Positions 1-12,883 of a stretch of DNA of 64,000 nt are shown here, one piece after another. The position numbers and the translations under genes were made by a program. Positions within the stretch are counted from its first letter, which is position 1, and each line of letters begins with the position of its first letter. The notes beneath the pieces were generated by a model. The model searched no databases. It saw only the letters and a program-made list of their open reading frames with translations, and was not told the origin of the DNA. Origin of the DNA: Octopus sinensis (lineage: Eukaryota); assembly GCF_006345805.1 (NCBI RefSeq), contig NC_042997.1, forward strand, positions 39,866,001-39,930,000. The letters are read 5' to 3'.

Positions 1-135
1 CTGGTACTTAATTTATCAACCCCGAAAGGATGAAAGGCAAAGTCGACCTTGGCCGAATTTGAACTCAGAATGTAATGGCAGACGAAATATGGCTACGCAT
101 TTCGCCCGGTGTGCTATCGTTTCTGCCAGCTTGCC
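1..135 (-). mobile_element. SINE family B (tRNA-like head GGCGGCGAGCTGGCAGAA plus conserved central domain), partial
   Basis: Reverse complement of the GAGTTCAAATTC..GTCGACTTTGCCTTTCATCCTTTCGGGGT..AAGTACCAG module seen >15 times in the window. Confidence 0.85.
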
Positions 136-1058
136 AAGTGTCTCTCAGTTTCTGACTACCAATTTCACTCATAAGGTATTGGTCAGCTTGTGGTTATAGT
201 ATAAAATGCCAGCTGACAACATTCACACAGTGGGACTAAACCTCTGACCACATGGTTTTTAAGGCTAACTTCTTTATGACACAGACACGCCTATATTTAG
301 ATGTCGTATGTTATCATTTGGCCTTGTGTTTGGGCAATAATACTCCTCAATCAGAACTGAGCAACACATGCTATTTTGGTGCAGTCAGACGTCAATATTC
401 CATTTTGTGTTTTAGTTAGAAATATATGATGCAATATGTGTATACTAGGATTATGGATGCATATGATTTTTCATAGTAGTAGTAGTAGAAGTAGTAGTAG
501 TTGTTGTTGTTATAGCGGTGGTGGTGGTGGTAGTGTTATCTAAACAATCTCATGATTGCCTGATATGAAGTCAGGAACAGTGTCTTTAGCCTCTTGCTGC
601 CTTCGTTGCTAACGAAAGGATTATTGCTCTCTCTCTCTCTCTCTCCTACGAGAGGACGGAGACTGTTTGATTAATATGTCAGTAGCGCAGTGTTGTGTGT
701 AACAGTGAAAATAAATTCTTTAACAGCTGGTGAAGAACAAATACTATTCATTAAATGTGTAATTTAAATTTGAGAGGGAATGCAACTGGTAATTTTGATT
801 GATTTGATGCTTGTAAGAATGAATGACAACATCGTCTCTATGGATGTATTGGATGAAACAGTAATGTTAGATCATAGAAAATTACGTGGCTGAAATAATT
901 ATTTCTTATAATGGAATGAAACTTAAGAGCTTTAGGAGAAGGAATATGGGAAGTTGTGATAAACTGCTAATAAATTTCTTTGGAACCAGTTCCAATATTT
1001 GTCTGTCCTAAGACTATATTGAACAATAGATCATAAATATAGTTTATGTATACAGATG

Positions 1059-1230
1059 CAGGAACAGCTGTGTGGTTAAGATGTTTGACTTCCTGCCACT
1101 AGGTTTTGAGTTCAGTTCCATTGTGTGGAAGCTTGGACAAATGTCTTCTACTGTAGCCCCAGGCTGACCAAAGCATTGGGAGTGAATTTGGTAGATGGAA
1201 ACTGAACAACCTCACTTTCCATCTGGAGCA
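1059..1230 (+). mobile_element. SINE family A, degenerate 5' part
   Basis: CTGTGTGGTTAAG (A-box-like), GGTTTTGAGTTCAGTTCC (B-box-like), GAATTTGGTAGATGGAAACTGAA shared with family A. Confidence 0.7.
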
Positions 1231-2187
1231 TGAGAAAATATACAATGATATACTGAGGTTGATTTCATTGACTATGTTCACAAAAATCTCAATCATGAGT
1301 AAGCACATAAATGTGAAACAAGGTGGGAAAAAGAGTGCTCAAATACCAGAGGTGGAGTAATATAGAGTAACAAAACTGTCCGACGAATGGGAACATGCAA
1401 CTCTGAGTAACAGCTTTTGTTATATTTCTGCTGCTTTTAAATAAAGCATATATATACTTGGAAATGGATGCGTGGCATTCAATTAAATAATAATATAAAT
1501 AATATATATAAATGTAAATCTAATTTTTGTACCCCTATTAATTCATACTTAGCTTATATAAGACAATACCGATATCTTCACAACTCAAAATAATTCAATT
1601 TAATTAAATTAGTATATAGTTAACATGTTCTTTAGCCTCAGTGCTCCTTTATTAAATACTAGTAAAATCCAATTGACCAATCTCCATAGATACCATCTAA
1701 TAAGTTAATATTTAGATAAATGATAAGTATAAATATTAAACTATTTCTATGTAATTTTCTTTTCCTCCCTCTATTGTAATAAAATTTGGTATATACTCAA
1801 AAGTATTCAAAGAAGTTTTCTCCTTTTGTTATAATATCATTCTTAATAATCTTCTTGATTACCCTAAATCTTAACTTTATACAATATAGCAATTGTTTGA
1901 AATGATCTTTAGAAATTACTTGATTTATCCCTTTCTTAAAGTGCTCTAGCCTCTTGATCTTAGTATTTATAAGGGCCTTTATATAAGTAGCCCTTCTAAT
2001 TAAGTACCCCTAAGAAACTATAAATATCATGTATGGAGTAACAATAATAACTTCTAACACCTATAATATAACCCTTAGTTTTAAAAATTAGTTTAAAATT
2101 AGAATGTCCTATAACATCAATATTCCTTTAGCTAATACCAGGTATCAGTGTAGGACTATGTATTGAAATATATTGGTTTTCTTTTCA

Positions 2188-2561
2188 TAGGCGTAGGAGT
2201 GGCTGTATGGTAAGTAACTTGCTTACCAACCACATGGTTCTGGGTTCAGTCCCACTGCGTGGCACCTTGGGCGAGTGTGTCTTCTACTATAACCTCGGGC
2301 CGACCAAAGTCTTGTGAGTGGATTTGGTAGATGGAAACTGAAAAGAAGCCTGTCGTATATATGTATATGTGTGTGTACATGTGTGTTTGTGTGACAACCG
2401 ATGCTGGTGTGTTTACATCCCTGTAACTTAGCGATTCAGCAAAAGAGACCGATAGAATAAGTACTAGGCTTACAAAGAATAAGTCCTGGGGTTGATTTGC
2501 TCAACTAAAGGCGGTGCTCCAGCATGGCTGCAGTCAAATGACTGAAACAAGTAAAAGAGTA
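2188..2561 (+). mobile_element. SINE family A, full length
   Basis: TAGGCGTAGGAGTGGCTGT head, internal (TA)/(TG) tract, tail CAGCATGGCTGCAGTCAAATGACTGAAACAAGTAAAAGAGTA. Confidence 0.9.
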
Positions 2562-2719
2562 ATAATCAATAGATAATCATTTACTTAAATTCAAACAAAT
2601 ATTGTCACAACATAAACAGGTCTTGAATATGATTTATGTCTCCAATGCTGAATAGTTAGAAACCATTGTTATACAGTTGTTATATACTGAGCTACTTCTT
2701 TGCATTGAGAGTTCACAGC

Positions 2720-2975
2720 TCTGGTACTACAGACATGTGATTGGAATACTGCTGGAAAGAACTGGAATTTTCCATGCTGAGTCAACCAGCTGGAGACATG
2801 AGGTTAGACCGAAAATGAGATGGCTGGATTATATCCAAATTCTCAGTCGGTCATGTTTGGGAATCCAGCCAGAAAATGTGATGATGGTTGCCTCTGATTG
2901 GATCCTCCAGATGAGGTGTCTGAAGATTCAACTCCCTCGGCCCTCCCAGGAATAGTTGGCAGAGAAGAAGATGGA
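2720..2975 (+). mobile_element. RTE-clade (Rex3/Expander-like) LINE 3' end remnant
   Basis: RPKMRWLDYIQILSRSCLGIQPENVMMVA..LPRPSQE* resembles the RPRTRWRDY..LGIPPEEL..LPPRP C-terminus of Rex3/Expander RTs (recognised from memory). Confidence 0.65.
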
Positions 2976-3167
2976 TAAATGTTCAAAACGCTATATTTCG
3001 TATAACTTTAGTTTCTCTAGCAGAGACAAAATTTGAAGAGAGCAATCATGGATTGGTAGAAATGCAAATGTGTTGGACCAAATGTTTTGTGCGATTTTGT
3101 TATGTCTAGTTATTTTCTGAATTAAAGTCACACTGTAACTGATTTGCCTTTCACCCTTTTATTGTTA

Positions 3168-3546
3168 CTAGCAGTATCGCCTGGCGTTGCTCGGGTTTCT
3201 TTCGACCCTTTAGAATTGGAATTTTTGAAAAGTAAAAATTTTGCATTATGTAGCTTCTCTAAGTGAACATTTTTCTTGTTGAAATACACTGAAAAATGGC
3301 AACACAAAAAATCGTAAAAAATAGGGATTTTCATAGAAAAAAACCCCACCTTTTTGATGTAAATAATTTTTGGTCTTAACATGGTCCAATTTGAATTTTT
3401 TCTTCTACGGAAGGAAGAGCAAGCCTTCTTCTATCATACTCTCAATTTTGGTCAACTTGCGCTGCAGAGTCTCAGAGGAAATAGTGTTAGTTGAAGGCTA
3501 TCAAACCTGCCATACACAGACAACTTCAGCTTTATATATATAGAGA
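3168..3546 (-). mobile_element. Non-autonomous Helitron
   Basis: Minus-strand 5' A|TCTCTATATATATAAAG and 3' hairpin CCCGAGCAACGCCAGG followed by GCTAG|T; no TSD; termini shared with 31233, 31549 and 43531 copies. Confidence 0.8.
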
Positions 3547-3949
3547 TTATCAATGGAAGTGACAGCGATATATTGCAGTTAGTACTGTTGATTATACACC
3601 TTGAAGAAAACCTTGAGACCTTAAGCCAGTATAAAAAAAAGTAATGATTATAAAATTGAGTAAGACGAGAGAGAGAGAGTTAAAAATTTTAAATGTAGGA
3701 TTCTATTATTAAGTTGTTAACTATTTTTAATTAATTCTGTTATTCAATTACTTTAATTAAAACTGTTGTTATTAATTGTATCATTTAATTCTGTAAGTTA
3801 CTTCTTAACTAGATTTATTTAATTCTAAATGTAAATGGTTGTAGAGAGCAGTAGAATGGAAAACAAAAATGAAAAAAAAAAATCAAGAATAAAACCACAG
3901 GAAGGTTTTATCTCAGTAAGCACATACACAAACACACATATGTAAATCA

Positions 3950-4130
3950 TCATCATCATCGTTTAACATCCGTTTTCCATGCTAGCATGGGTTGGATGGT
4001 TCGACCGGGGTCTGGGAAGCCAGGAGGCTGCACCAGGATCCAGTCTGATCTGGCAGTGTTTCTACAGCTGGATGCTCTTCCTATCGCCAACCACTCCGTG
4101 AGTGCAGTGGGTGCTTTTTACGTGCCACCA
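3950..4130 (-). mobile_element. 5'-truncated 3' tail of the RTE LINE
   Basis: Reverse complement of 5450-5650 including (TGA)n tail. Confidence 0.85.
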
Positions 4131-4257
4131 GCATGTAAAAATGTGCATAATAATGATATAACATTCAACAAATTAAAGGATAAGTGAAATTTCCCTTTTT
4201 ATCATGAAGCTATTAGATGAACTGTACCTGGTTCTTTGTCTTGTAGCATATCAATAT

Positions 4258-5652
4258 ACTCTCCAGGCAATAACAGAGGAATTCAAGACAGGTTGCCCCT
4301 GGGAGCTCCTCTATGCTGATGACCTGGCCCTCATAGCAGATTCACTATCGGAACTAGAAAAGAAATTTCGGGTGTGGAAGCAAGGTTTAGAGTCAATGTA
4401 GCAAAGACCAAAGTTCAAGTAAGCAGGAAGGCGAACACATCACACACCCACTCAGGTAGGTGGCTCTGCTTGATCTGTAGAAAAGGTGTAGGTAGAAACA
4501 CCATAAGATGTACCCAGTGTAAGCTATGGATACATAAGATGTGCAGCAACATCAAAGGAAGATTAACCGAGAAGATAGCTTTCATGTGCAACAGGTGCAC
4601 AATCGCAATAAACACCACAGATGCTCAGAAAACAGATTCCATCACACTCCAGGGGGAGAAACTAGAAGTAGTTGATAGTTTCCGCTACCTAGGTGACCAA
4701 GTTAGTAGTGGGGGTGGATACTCAGAGAGTGTTACCACTAGAATAAGAAAGCTTCTACCCCCACTGGCGACAAAGGGCCTCTCGCTCAGAGTGAAAGGTA
4801 GATTGTATGATGCATGTGTGCGAACTGCCATGCTTCATGGCAGTGAAGCATGGGCTGTGACTGTGGAGGACATGTGTAGGCTTGAAAGAAATGAAGCTAG
4901 CATGATCTGCTGGATGTGTAATGTCAGTGTGCATACACGACAGAGTGTAAGCACCCTGAGAGAAATGTTGGACATAAGAAACTTAGGATGTAGTAGGCAA
5001 GAGAGACGTTTGCACTGGTATGGTCATGTACTACGGATGGATGAGGAGAGATGTGTGAAGAAGTGCCATTCCCAAACAGTTGAAGGAATCCGGAGTAGAG
5101 ATGGACCCAGGAAGACATGGGATGAGGTGGTGAAGCACGACCTTCAAACGTTGGGCCTCACAGAGGCAATGACAAAAGACCAAGAATTCTGGAGATATGC
5201 TGTGACTGCGAAGACCTGGCAAATAAAGTGAGTTCATGGCTGTATCCTACACCAGCTTCGCATAACCAGCCCCAGCCCATTCAAAAGTACCTTGGATTGT
5301 AGGGCAACCTGCTGTGCTTGAGGACACCTCTTGAGTCAAGTATATCAACATCAAAGTGAAAATCAAATGGAAATTGTAGTTGTGATACCTGTGCCAGTGG
5401 CACGTAAAAAGCACCAACCGATTGTGGCCGTTGCCAGCCTCCTCTGGCCCCTGTGCCAGTGGCACATAAAAAGCACCCACTATACTCACAGAGTGGTTGT
5501 TGTTAGGAAGGGCATTCAGCTGTAGAAACACTGCCAGATCAGACTGGAGCCTGGGGCAGCCTCCTGAATTCCCAGACCCTGGTCAAACCGTCCAACCCAT
5601 GCTAGCAAGGAAAACGGACGTTAAATAATGATGATGATGATGATGATGATGC
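4258..5652 (+). mobile_element. 5'-truncated, frameshifted RTE/RTE-X-like LINE (RT domain YADD through 3' UTR)
   Basis: GCPWELLYADDLAL, NVAKTK, FRYLG, LHGSEAW, RRLHWYGHV..GPRKTW motifs; C4HC3 finger in 4441-4590; 3' UTR ending in (TGA)n. Confidence 0.92.
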
Positions 5653-5950
5653 TACACACAAAAGTATATAACAGTCCTGACAAAGCATTCTGAAATTTGC
5701 TGTTATTAACTTTTCATCAAATCTACATTACAGCTCTACTATCCAAACTAATACTATGTTCATCTGTAAGTAAAAACAATCTCATTATTTACCGGTTTGC
5801 TAATAGTAGGAAGAATTATTTACTTACATTTCATATTGTTTTGTTATTTATTAGTCCATTTATTGTAACATTCTATGTACAAGAAAAGATAAAACAGATG
5901 CAAGATTTTCTTTGCTTATAAAGTACTTTATTGACAATAATTCTAAACAT

Positions 5951-6095
5951 CATCATCATCATCGTTTAACGTCCGCTTTCCATGCTAGCATGGGTTGGAC
6001 GGTTCAACTGGGGTCTGGGGAGCCCGAAGGCTGCACCAGGCCAGTCAGATCTGGCAGTGTTTCTACAGCTGGATGCCCTTCCTAACGCCAACGCC
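5951..6095 (-). mobile_element. RTE 3' tail insertion with 12-bp TSD
   Basis: AATTCTAAACAT at 5939-5950 and 6096-6107; (CAT)n = reverse tail. Confidence 0.9.
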
Positions 6096-7439
6096 AATTC
6101 TAAACATGACTTATATAATTCTTTTCTGAAAGAATGAAATCACCCTTTGATGTGTGAATAAAGTTCTGATAAATCTCTCTGTACTGCTATTGTTTTAGCT
6201 AAATGGAACTTTCAGTAAGTGTCCTGGTCTGGGGTTTAGAGAATGCTTCAACTGGTAGTATTTTAAATTATTACAGAACTCCGACCTGCTCTTATATAAA
6301 TGCAGGGAAGTCATGTATCTACTCTAAAGGAGACAACCCTTACTTGTCCTTAAAATAAAATAATCTCTTCACCCTCCCAAATATTCTCCCACTTCATTGA
6401 GAGGGCTTTTCCCTCTTTTTATTTCTCTTTTTCTTCCTTGTCTTGCAAGTTACATGACAATCTCACTGGTGTTGGGGTCACAAAAAGAAGCACCCAGTAC
6501 ATGAAGTGTGATACAGCCCTGTGGTTCACAAGATCCTGTCAAACCATCCAAACCATGGAAAACAAACACTGAATGATGATGATGTAAGAACTTATAGATG
6601 TCGCAAACCTGTGCCCTCATTTACTTAAAACATAGCAGCCATAAAGTACCGTTATTTTGAAAGGAATCCGTTTGGCTTGAAACCTACCACCTCTTTAGTA
6701 TACATTTAATGTGAATACGGTACTCATCGTCTACATTATCTACCACTATCATAGACATTTGAATTTTTAAATAGTTTGGTCTTATCTGTTCTGTGTGAAC
6801 TAAGTTGTGAATCTTACAGTTCAGCCTGCCATTTACTTGACATTCTGCAGTGATTTGATTAGGATCTGTTGTCTGAAATTTCTTCATTGTCGTTACAATG
6901 AATTTATATCTTGACATTTAAATGTAAGTGTCTTATTACACAGAAGAAACAGTATCATTGCACCATAGCTAAATGTATCTTAGATAATGCAAAAATGTCA
7001 ATATATTGCTGCAAGAGATTAGTACCATGTTTATTCTTCAATTATCTTAAACACATGTACAAGGATAAGAAGCAAATGTGGTTGAATGGAAGGGAATTTC
7101 CAAATATAGCAATTAAGACTGGATAAATTATCTCAGTAGGTATTAAGTCAATATAAATGTATCAGCTGGAATCAATGATAAAATCTGGCTAAGCTATCAA
7201 TTATGAACAAAAGGATCTGGTAATTTATTTTTCTATGCCGGTGCTGATAATGCAGATAGTAGAGAGCGATGCAATAGATTCAGTTCAATGAGTCAGTTTT
7301 ACTGATTATTTCTCTGAGGTTGGTAAAATAGTACTAGTAATGTATTGGAGTTGATTTAATCATTTTCCTCCCCTATCTTCTCATGAAAAGTGATATTGAA
7401 TACCTTTTTTTGTAGGAAGACATTACATATAGAAATACC

Positions 7440-7862
7440 TTGAATAATCTGTATATGCATGCGTACATACATGCGTACATACATGCATACATACATACAT
7501 GTAATGAGAGAGAGAGAGAGAGAGAGAAAGAGAGATACTTTGTATTCTTCATATATGTGTGTGTGTGTGTGTATATATATATATGTATGTATATATATTA
7601 CAATATATGTAAACCAAATTTAGTTTTTTTAGAAGCATTGAGATGTGTTTATCCTATTTATGCTCTTCAGCATTATTATCTTGCGTTTGAGAAGAAAATA
7701 TTTCCAAATCTGTATATATATATGTATAAATATATTTTTATGTATGTATATAATGTATTATATCAATATATTGTTTACGTTTTGTGACATTCTATGCCCA
7801 CATATGCATATGTATATATGTATACATGTAAGTATGTACATATACGTATGTATATATGCATA

Positions 7863-7931
<69 letters not shown>

Positions 7932-7935
7932 TATT
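7440..7935. repeat. Compound microsatellites (CATA)n/(GA)n/(TG)n/(TA)n
   Basis: Direct reading. Confidence 0.9.
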
Positions 7936-8704
7936 TATATTATTATTATATGATTGAATGCGATACATTCTTTTCCAAGTAAGTTTTATCTTAATAATTC
8001 TGATGCGACTCTCTATTCTTCCCATTACTCTTTCGTTTTTTCTCTCTTCCTTTCTCTTATTCTTTTACCTCCTCTTCTCCCACTATTCTATCCTTTTACT
8101 CTTTCGTTTTCTCCCTTCATTTCTCTTATTCTTTACCTCCCCTTCTCCCTCTCTTTTTTTCTCTTTTATCCTATCTCCAAATCTTTTCCTCTCCCCATCA
8201 CAGTTCTCTGTCTGTTACTCTCTCTCCCTCACTCTTCTTCCTTTGCTCATGTGGCTCCCACGTAACCATCAGCCATTTTTCTTTCTTCTCCTAACTTGTG
8301 TTTCATTCTTTCTTCCTGTTGCAGCTGGACAAGGAAGATGTATTCTTGTCTGTCTCCTGTCCAAGCTTATTTCTTCGCATTTGCCACCATAATCTCTTTT
8401 AGGCCTAGCAGATTTTCCTGTTTGTTTTCACTGTCCTGTGTTTTTCACCAATTTCGACCCTCTGCAAAATCCTAAATTTTACTTAATTTGCTTTGTCATA
8501 GCAACTGTTTTATCGAAAGCATATCTTGTCATGAATTGCTCAAACTACAGATTAGAAAAACAGCTGACATCTGAGGAAGGGTCGTTCTTTGTGTTGTTTG
8601 TCTTCTTTTCCATTTATTTCTTTCGTTGTTCACAAAAAAATTCATATTCCATGTCCTTGTACTTCGTATTTTTGTTGTTTATGTTTTGTGACGTCCTGTG
8701 GCCC

Positions 8705-8760
8705 ACATATGCATATATATATATGTATACATGTATGTACGTATACACATGTAAATATGC

Positions 8761-8856
<96 letters not shown>

Positions 8857-8857
8857 G
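8705..8857. repeat. (TA)n-rich microsatellite; left flank 8670-8760 homologous to 7770-7860
   Basis: Shared TTTTGTGAC..CCCACATATGCATAT..GTATACATGTA flank. Confidence 0.85.
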
Positions 8858-9254
8858 AAGTAGATGCATTGTGGTTGAATAGTTAAGCCGCTTGCTTCAC
8901 AACTGTATGATATCTTGTACATGATTCCACTGTGCGATGTCTTGGAAATGTATCATTTTCTTAGCTTTGGTTGACCCAGAACTTGTCATTCAAACTGGGC
9001 AGATGGAATAGAAGCTTGTCAGATGGATTGTACCTGCAAGTCAAAGGTCCAGGCTATCACACTGATTCCACCAAGAAATTTCAATTAGTGTATATATGTC
9101 TCAGGAATTTTCAGCCATTTACACATTAATTCTATAAACATAATAGTTCAATTGATCAAAGCATTGGGATCCATTGTGTGTGTGTGTAGGTGAAAGCATG
9201 GCTCTGTGGTTATGCAGTTTGCTGCCAACAATATATATATATATATATATATTA

Positions 9255-9445
9255 TCTTTTACTTGTTTCAGTCATTAAATTGCAGCAATGTTGGGGCACT
9301 GCCTTGAAGATGAACAAATCAACACTAGCAGTTATTTATTTTTATGCCTAGTACTTATTCTATCAGTCCCTTTCACCAAACTGCTAAGTTACTGACATGT
9401 ACACACATCAAAATCAGTTGTCAAGCAGTGATGGGGGACAAATAC

Positions 9446-9514
<69 letters not shown>

Positions 9515-9600
9515 GGTTGGCCTGAGGCTATAGAAGATGCCCACCCAAGGTGCTACACAGTGGTTGGGAAGCAAGCTTCTTACACATAAGCTATACCTGT
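9255..9600 (-). mobile_element. SINE family A, degenerate, with internal (GA)n
   Basis: TTACTTGTTTCAGTCA (reverse tail) through AAGCAAGCTTCTTACACA (reverse head). Confidence 0.7.
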
Positions 9601-9602
9601 AC

Positions 9603-9637
<35 letters not shown>

Positions 9638-11692
9638 AAAAATAGAAGTTGAAAATGCACTGAGAATGGTTAAAATATTTTTTATTGATACATTTGAGGC
9701 TTTAACCAGTTTCACAGTTTACACTGTTTTTCAGTGTGCATGTATGATAGCATGTGAGCATCTTGAGAGAAAGGCTGGGCATAAGCGGCATCAGATGTGA
9801 TATGCAAGAGAGATGGCTGCTCTGGTATGGCCATGCTTTCAACAAATGTGACATCAAAATCACACATAAATGGCTCCTTTCTACAGAAAAGGAAAAATTT
9901 GGCTGCTAATTCTTGCACGCCCTGCTACCACATAGCAGGTATTTTAGGTCCTTTATCGCAAATAGCTGTTATGTGGTAGCAGGGAGTGCTAGAAATAGCA
10001 GCTAAATCTTTGGGGGTGAGACATGTTGAATGCAATGGAAAAAACTATTTCACACTGCAGTTACCAACCCATGTTTTACAAAATATTTACCATATTTTTA
10101 AAATCATTTTCACTTTAAAATATTTTTAAAATATGTATTCACTTGTAAATAATTTAAAAAACATTAAAATATTGTCTGTTTAAAGAAAGCTAAAATATAA
10201 ATACTGTACAAACAACTTACATTTTTAAAAATCCCATTCACTAAAAAATATTTCTAAATGATTAAAATATTATTTAACAAATGTGTAAATGGAAACATAT
10301 ATATGTATATACATGTATATGTATGTATATGTTTATATGTGAGTGTCAATTGTGGATCATGACTGTCACTACATAAACCTGATGGTTGCGTAAAGGATGA
10401 AAGTTCTAGATTATTTCAATACTGTAAAATTGTAAAAATATATGTGTGTATACTATGCATATACATATACAAACACACACATATATAATATATATTCTTT
10501 TAACAATATATCATATATATATATGTATGTGACCGCATGGGTTTCATTGGCGATTTTCATTCTCCGTCTTCCCTTCCTTGGACCTTTCCTTTCTCCATGT
10601 TTCTGACAAAGAGCTCTGCTCAAAGCATTAAATCCACCTTCTTTCTTTCCTTTCCCGAGCATCTAATAACACTATACTTGTTCCACGTCCTCGCGTTGTT
10701 GTGTTTTCTCTTTGTTCATGTTTGGATTATAACATGTGATTATAACATTTGTCTATTTCTCTACACTTGGATGAAGCTTATTGAAGAAACCTTCTTTAGC
10801 CAGATGCTCTTTCTGTTGTCAACCCTCTCTTGTTTCTAAGTAAGTTAACCCCTTAGTGTTTAAACCAGCCATATCTGGCCAGAATATTATCCTTGTTTTA
10901 TGTTCAAGCTTGTGAGATTCAACCTCTCACACCTACCCTACAATGTCATTCTAAAGATAAATAATAAAATCATCAAAATCTTGAATCTATGAGATAAGGC
11001 ACAATTAATTCAAAACAATGTGAATAAATAAGTATTCCATTCGACAGAGGAATCTAAACTCTAAAGGGTTAATATTGCTCATAGTTCTTTGAACTTGAAC
11101 AGATTATCCTCAGATCAATGACCGAATATGTTTCCATGGAAGATAGCAAACACAATCTTGATATGAACAGGGACTTTGTTTGCAATCAGTGTAGGTTGTC
11201 ACAACAACAAATACAAATATACATGTATTCATGCATACCCCTGTATATGTGTGTGTGTGTGTTGGTGCATGTGTGTGTGTGTGTTGGTGCATGTGTGTGT
11301 GTGTGTTGGTGCATGTGTGTGTGTGTGTGTGTTCTGATTGTGTCTTCCAGATTAATTTAAGGTTTTGTTCACATGGGGTTATGGTTGAAGACACTTGCCT
11401 AAAATGTTGTTTGGTAGAATTGAATTGAAAAGCACATGAGTGTGAAGCAAAATTTCTAAATTGCATAGCCATCCCTGCATCTACACATCTGTACCTATCC
11501 ATATGTGTGTGTGTGTGTATGTGTGTGTGTGTGTGTGTGTGTGTCTCATCATCATCATTTTAACGTCTGTTTTTCCATGCTTGCATGGATCATATGGAAT
11601 TTGTTGAAGCAGATTTTCCATGACCAGATACCCTTTCTGTCGTGAACTTTCACTTGTTATGCAAACAATATTTCCCTATGGACTGCAAAGAG

Positions 11693-11736
<44 letters not shown>

Positions 11737-11832
11737 CACTTGTGAGATGGTGACACTGTCTCACATCTATCATGTAGTATCAACACAAATGCACATAGAA
11801 CATACACATATATACACCTATACATACAAATA

Positions 11833-12118
11833 GGAGGTGCAATGGCCCAGTGGTTAGGGCAGTGGACTTGCGGTCATAGGATCGCGGTTTCGATTCCCAG
11901 ACCGGGCGTTGTGAGTGTTTATTGAGCGGAAAACACCTAAAAGCTCCACGAGGCTCCGGCAGGGGGTGGTGATCCCTGCTGTACTCTTTCACCACTCTTT
12001 CTCTCTTTCTTCTGTTGGCCTGCTTGCTTAGCCAGCGGGGTGGCGTCATTTGAAGGCTAAAACAGTGCGAACGCATTGTGACCAGCGATGGTCTGGTTGG
12101 TCACGTGATCACGTGATC
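11833..12118 (+). mobile_element. SINE family C (tRNA head GGCGCAATGGCCCAGTGG), alternative 3' tail, 11-bp TSD
   Basis: A-box TGGCCCAGTGG, B-box GGTTTCGATTCCC; ACATACAAATA at 11822-11832 and 12119-12129. Confidence 0.9.
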
Positions 12119-12495
12119 ACATACAAATATAATGTGAAGGAATGGGGGATATTAAATCCGGGCAGATACCTTACAAGTACTCAAGCATAATTCAGTTACT
12201 GGTTTACTAGTTGAATGGTATGGAGCAACAGGAAATCGTTTAAGATTAGCAGTTATGGTATTACCTAATAGGTAAATCCTGAGTTCACTTCTTTGGATTT
12301 TATACTGTATACAGAGTATATATTCAAGACATCAAAAGTATGAATAGAGAACTGTACATACTTAAAGCTGTATATATATATTTTTATATATTTTTTTTGC
12401 TTGGACTGTACTGACAAGCTGGGATGTTTGACATCCCTTTGAAGGATTTCGGTCCTCATCTCTTTTATATATATATATATATATATGTGTGTGTC

Positions 12496-12883
12496 GTAAG
12501 TAGCTTGTCTACCAACCACATGGTTCCGGGTTCAGTCCCACTGCATGGCACCTTGGGCAAGTGTCTTCTACTATAGCCTCGGGCCGACCAAAGCCTTGTG
12601 AGTGGATTTGGTAGATGGAAACTTAAAGAAGCCCGTCGTATATATGTATATATATATATGCGTGTGTGTGTTTGTGTGTCTGTGTTTGTCCCCCTAGCAT
12701 TGCTTGACAACCGATGCTGGTGTGTTTATGTCCCCGTTACTTAGCAGTTTGGCAAAAGAGACCGATAGGATAAGTACTGGGCTTACAAAAGAATAAGTCC
12801 CGTGGTCGAGTTGCTCGATTAAAGGCAGTGCTCCAGCATGGCCGCAGTCAAATGACTGAAACAAGTAAAAGAGTAAAGAGTAA
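12496..12883 (+). mobile_element. SINE family A, head clipped at (TA)n
   Basis: Family A body and tail. Confidence 0.9.

Noticed and set aside
12411-12460. HHR-like CTGACAA..GGGATGT/ACATCCC hairpin..GAAG..GTC
   Set aside because: Two core mismatches and no helix I pairing
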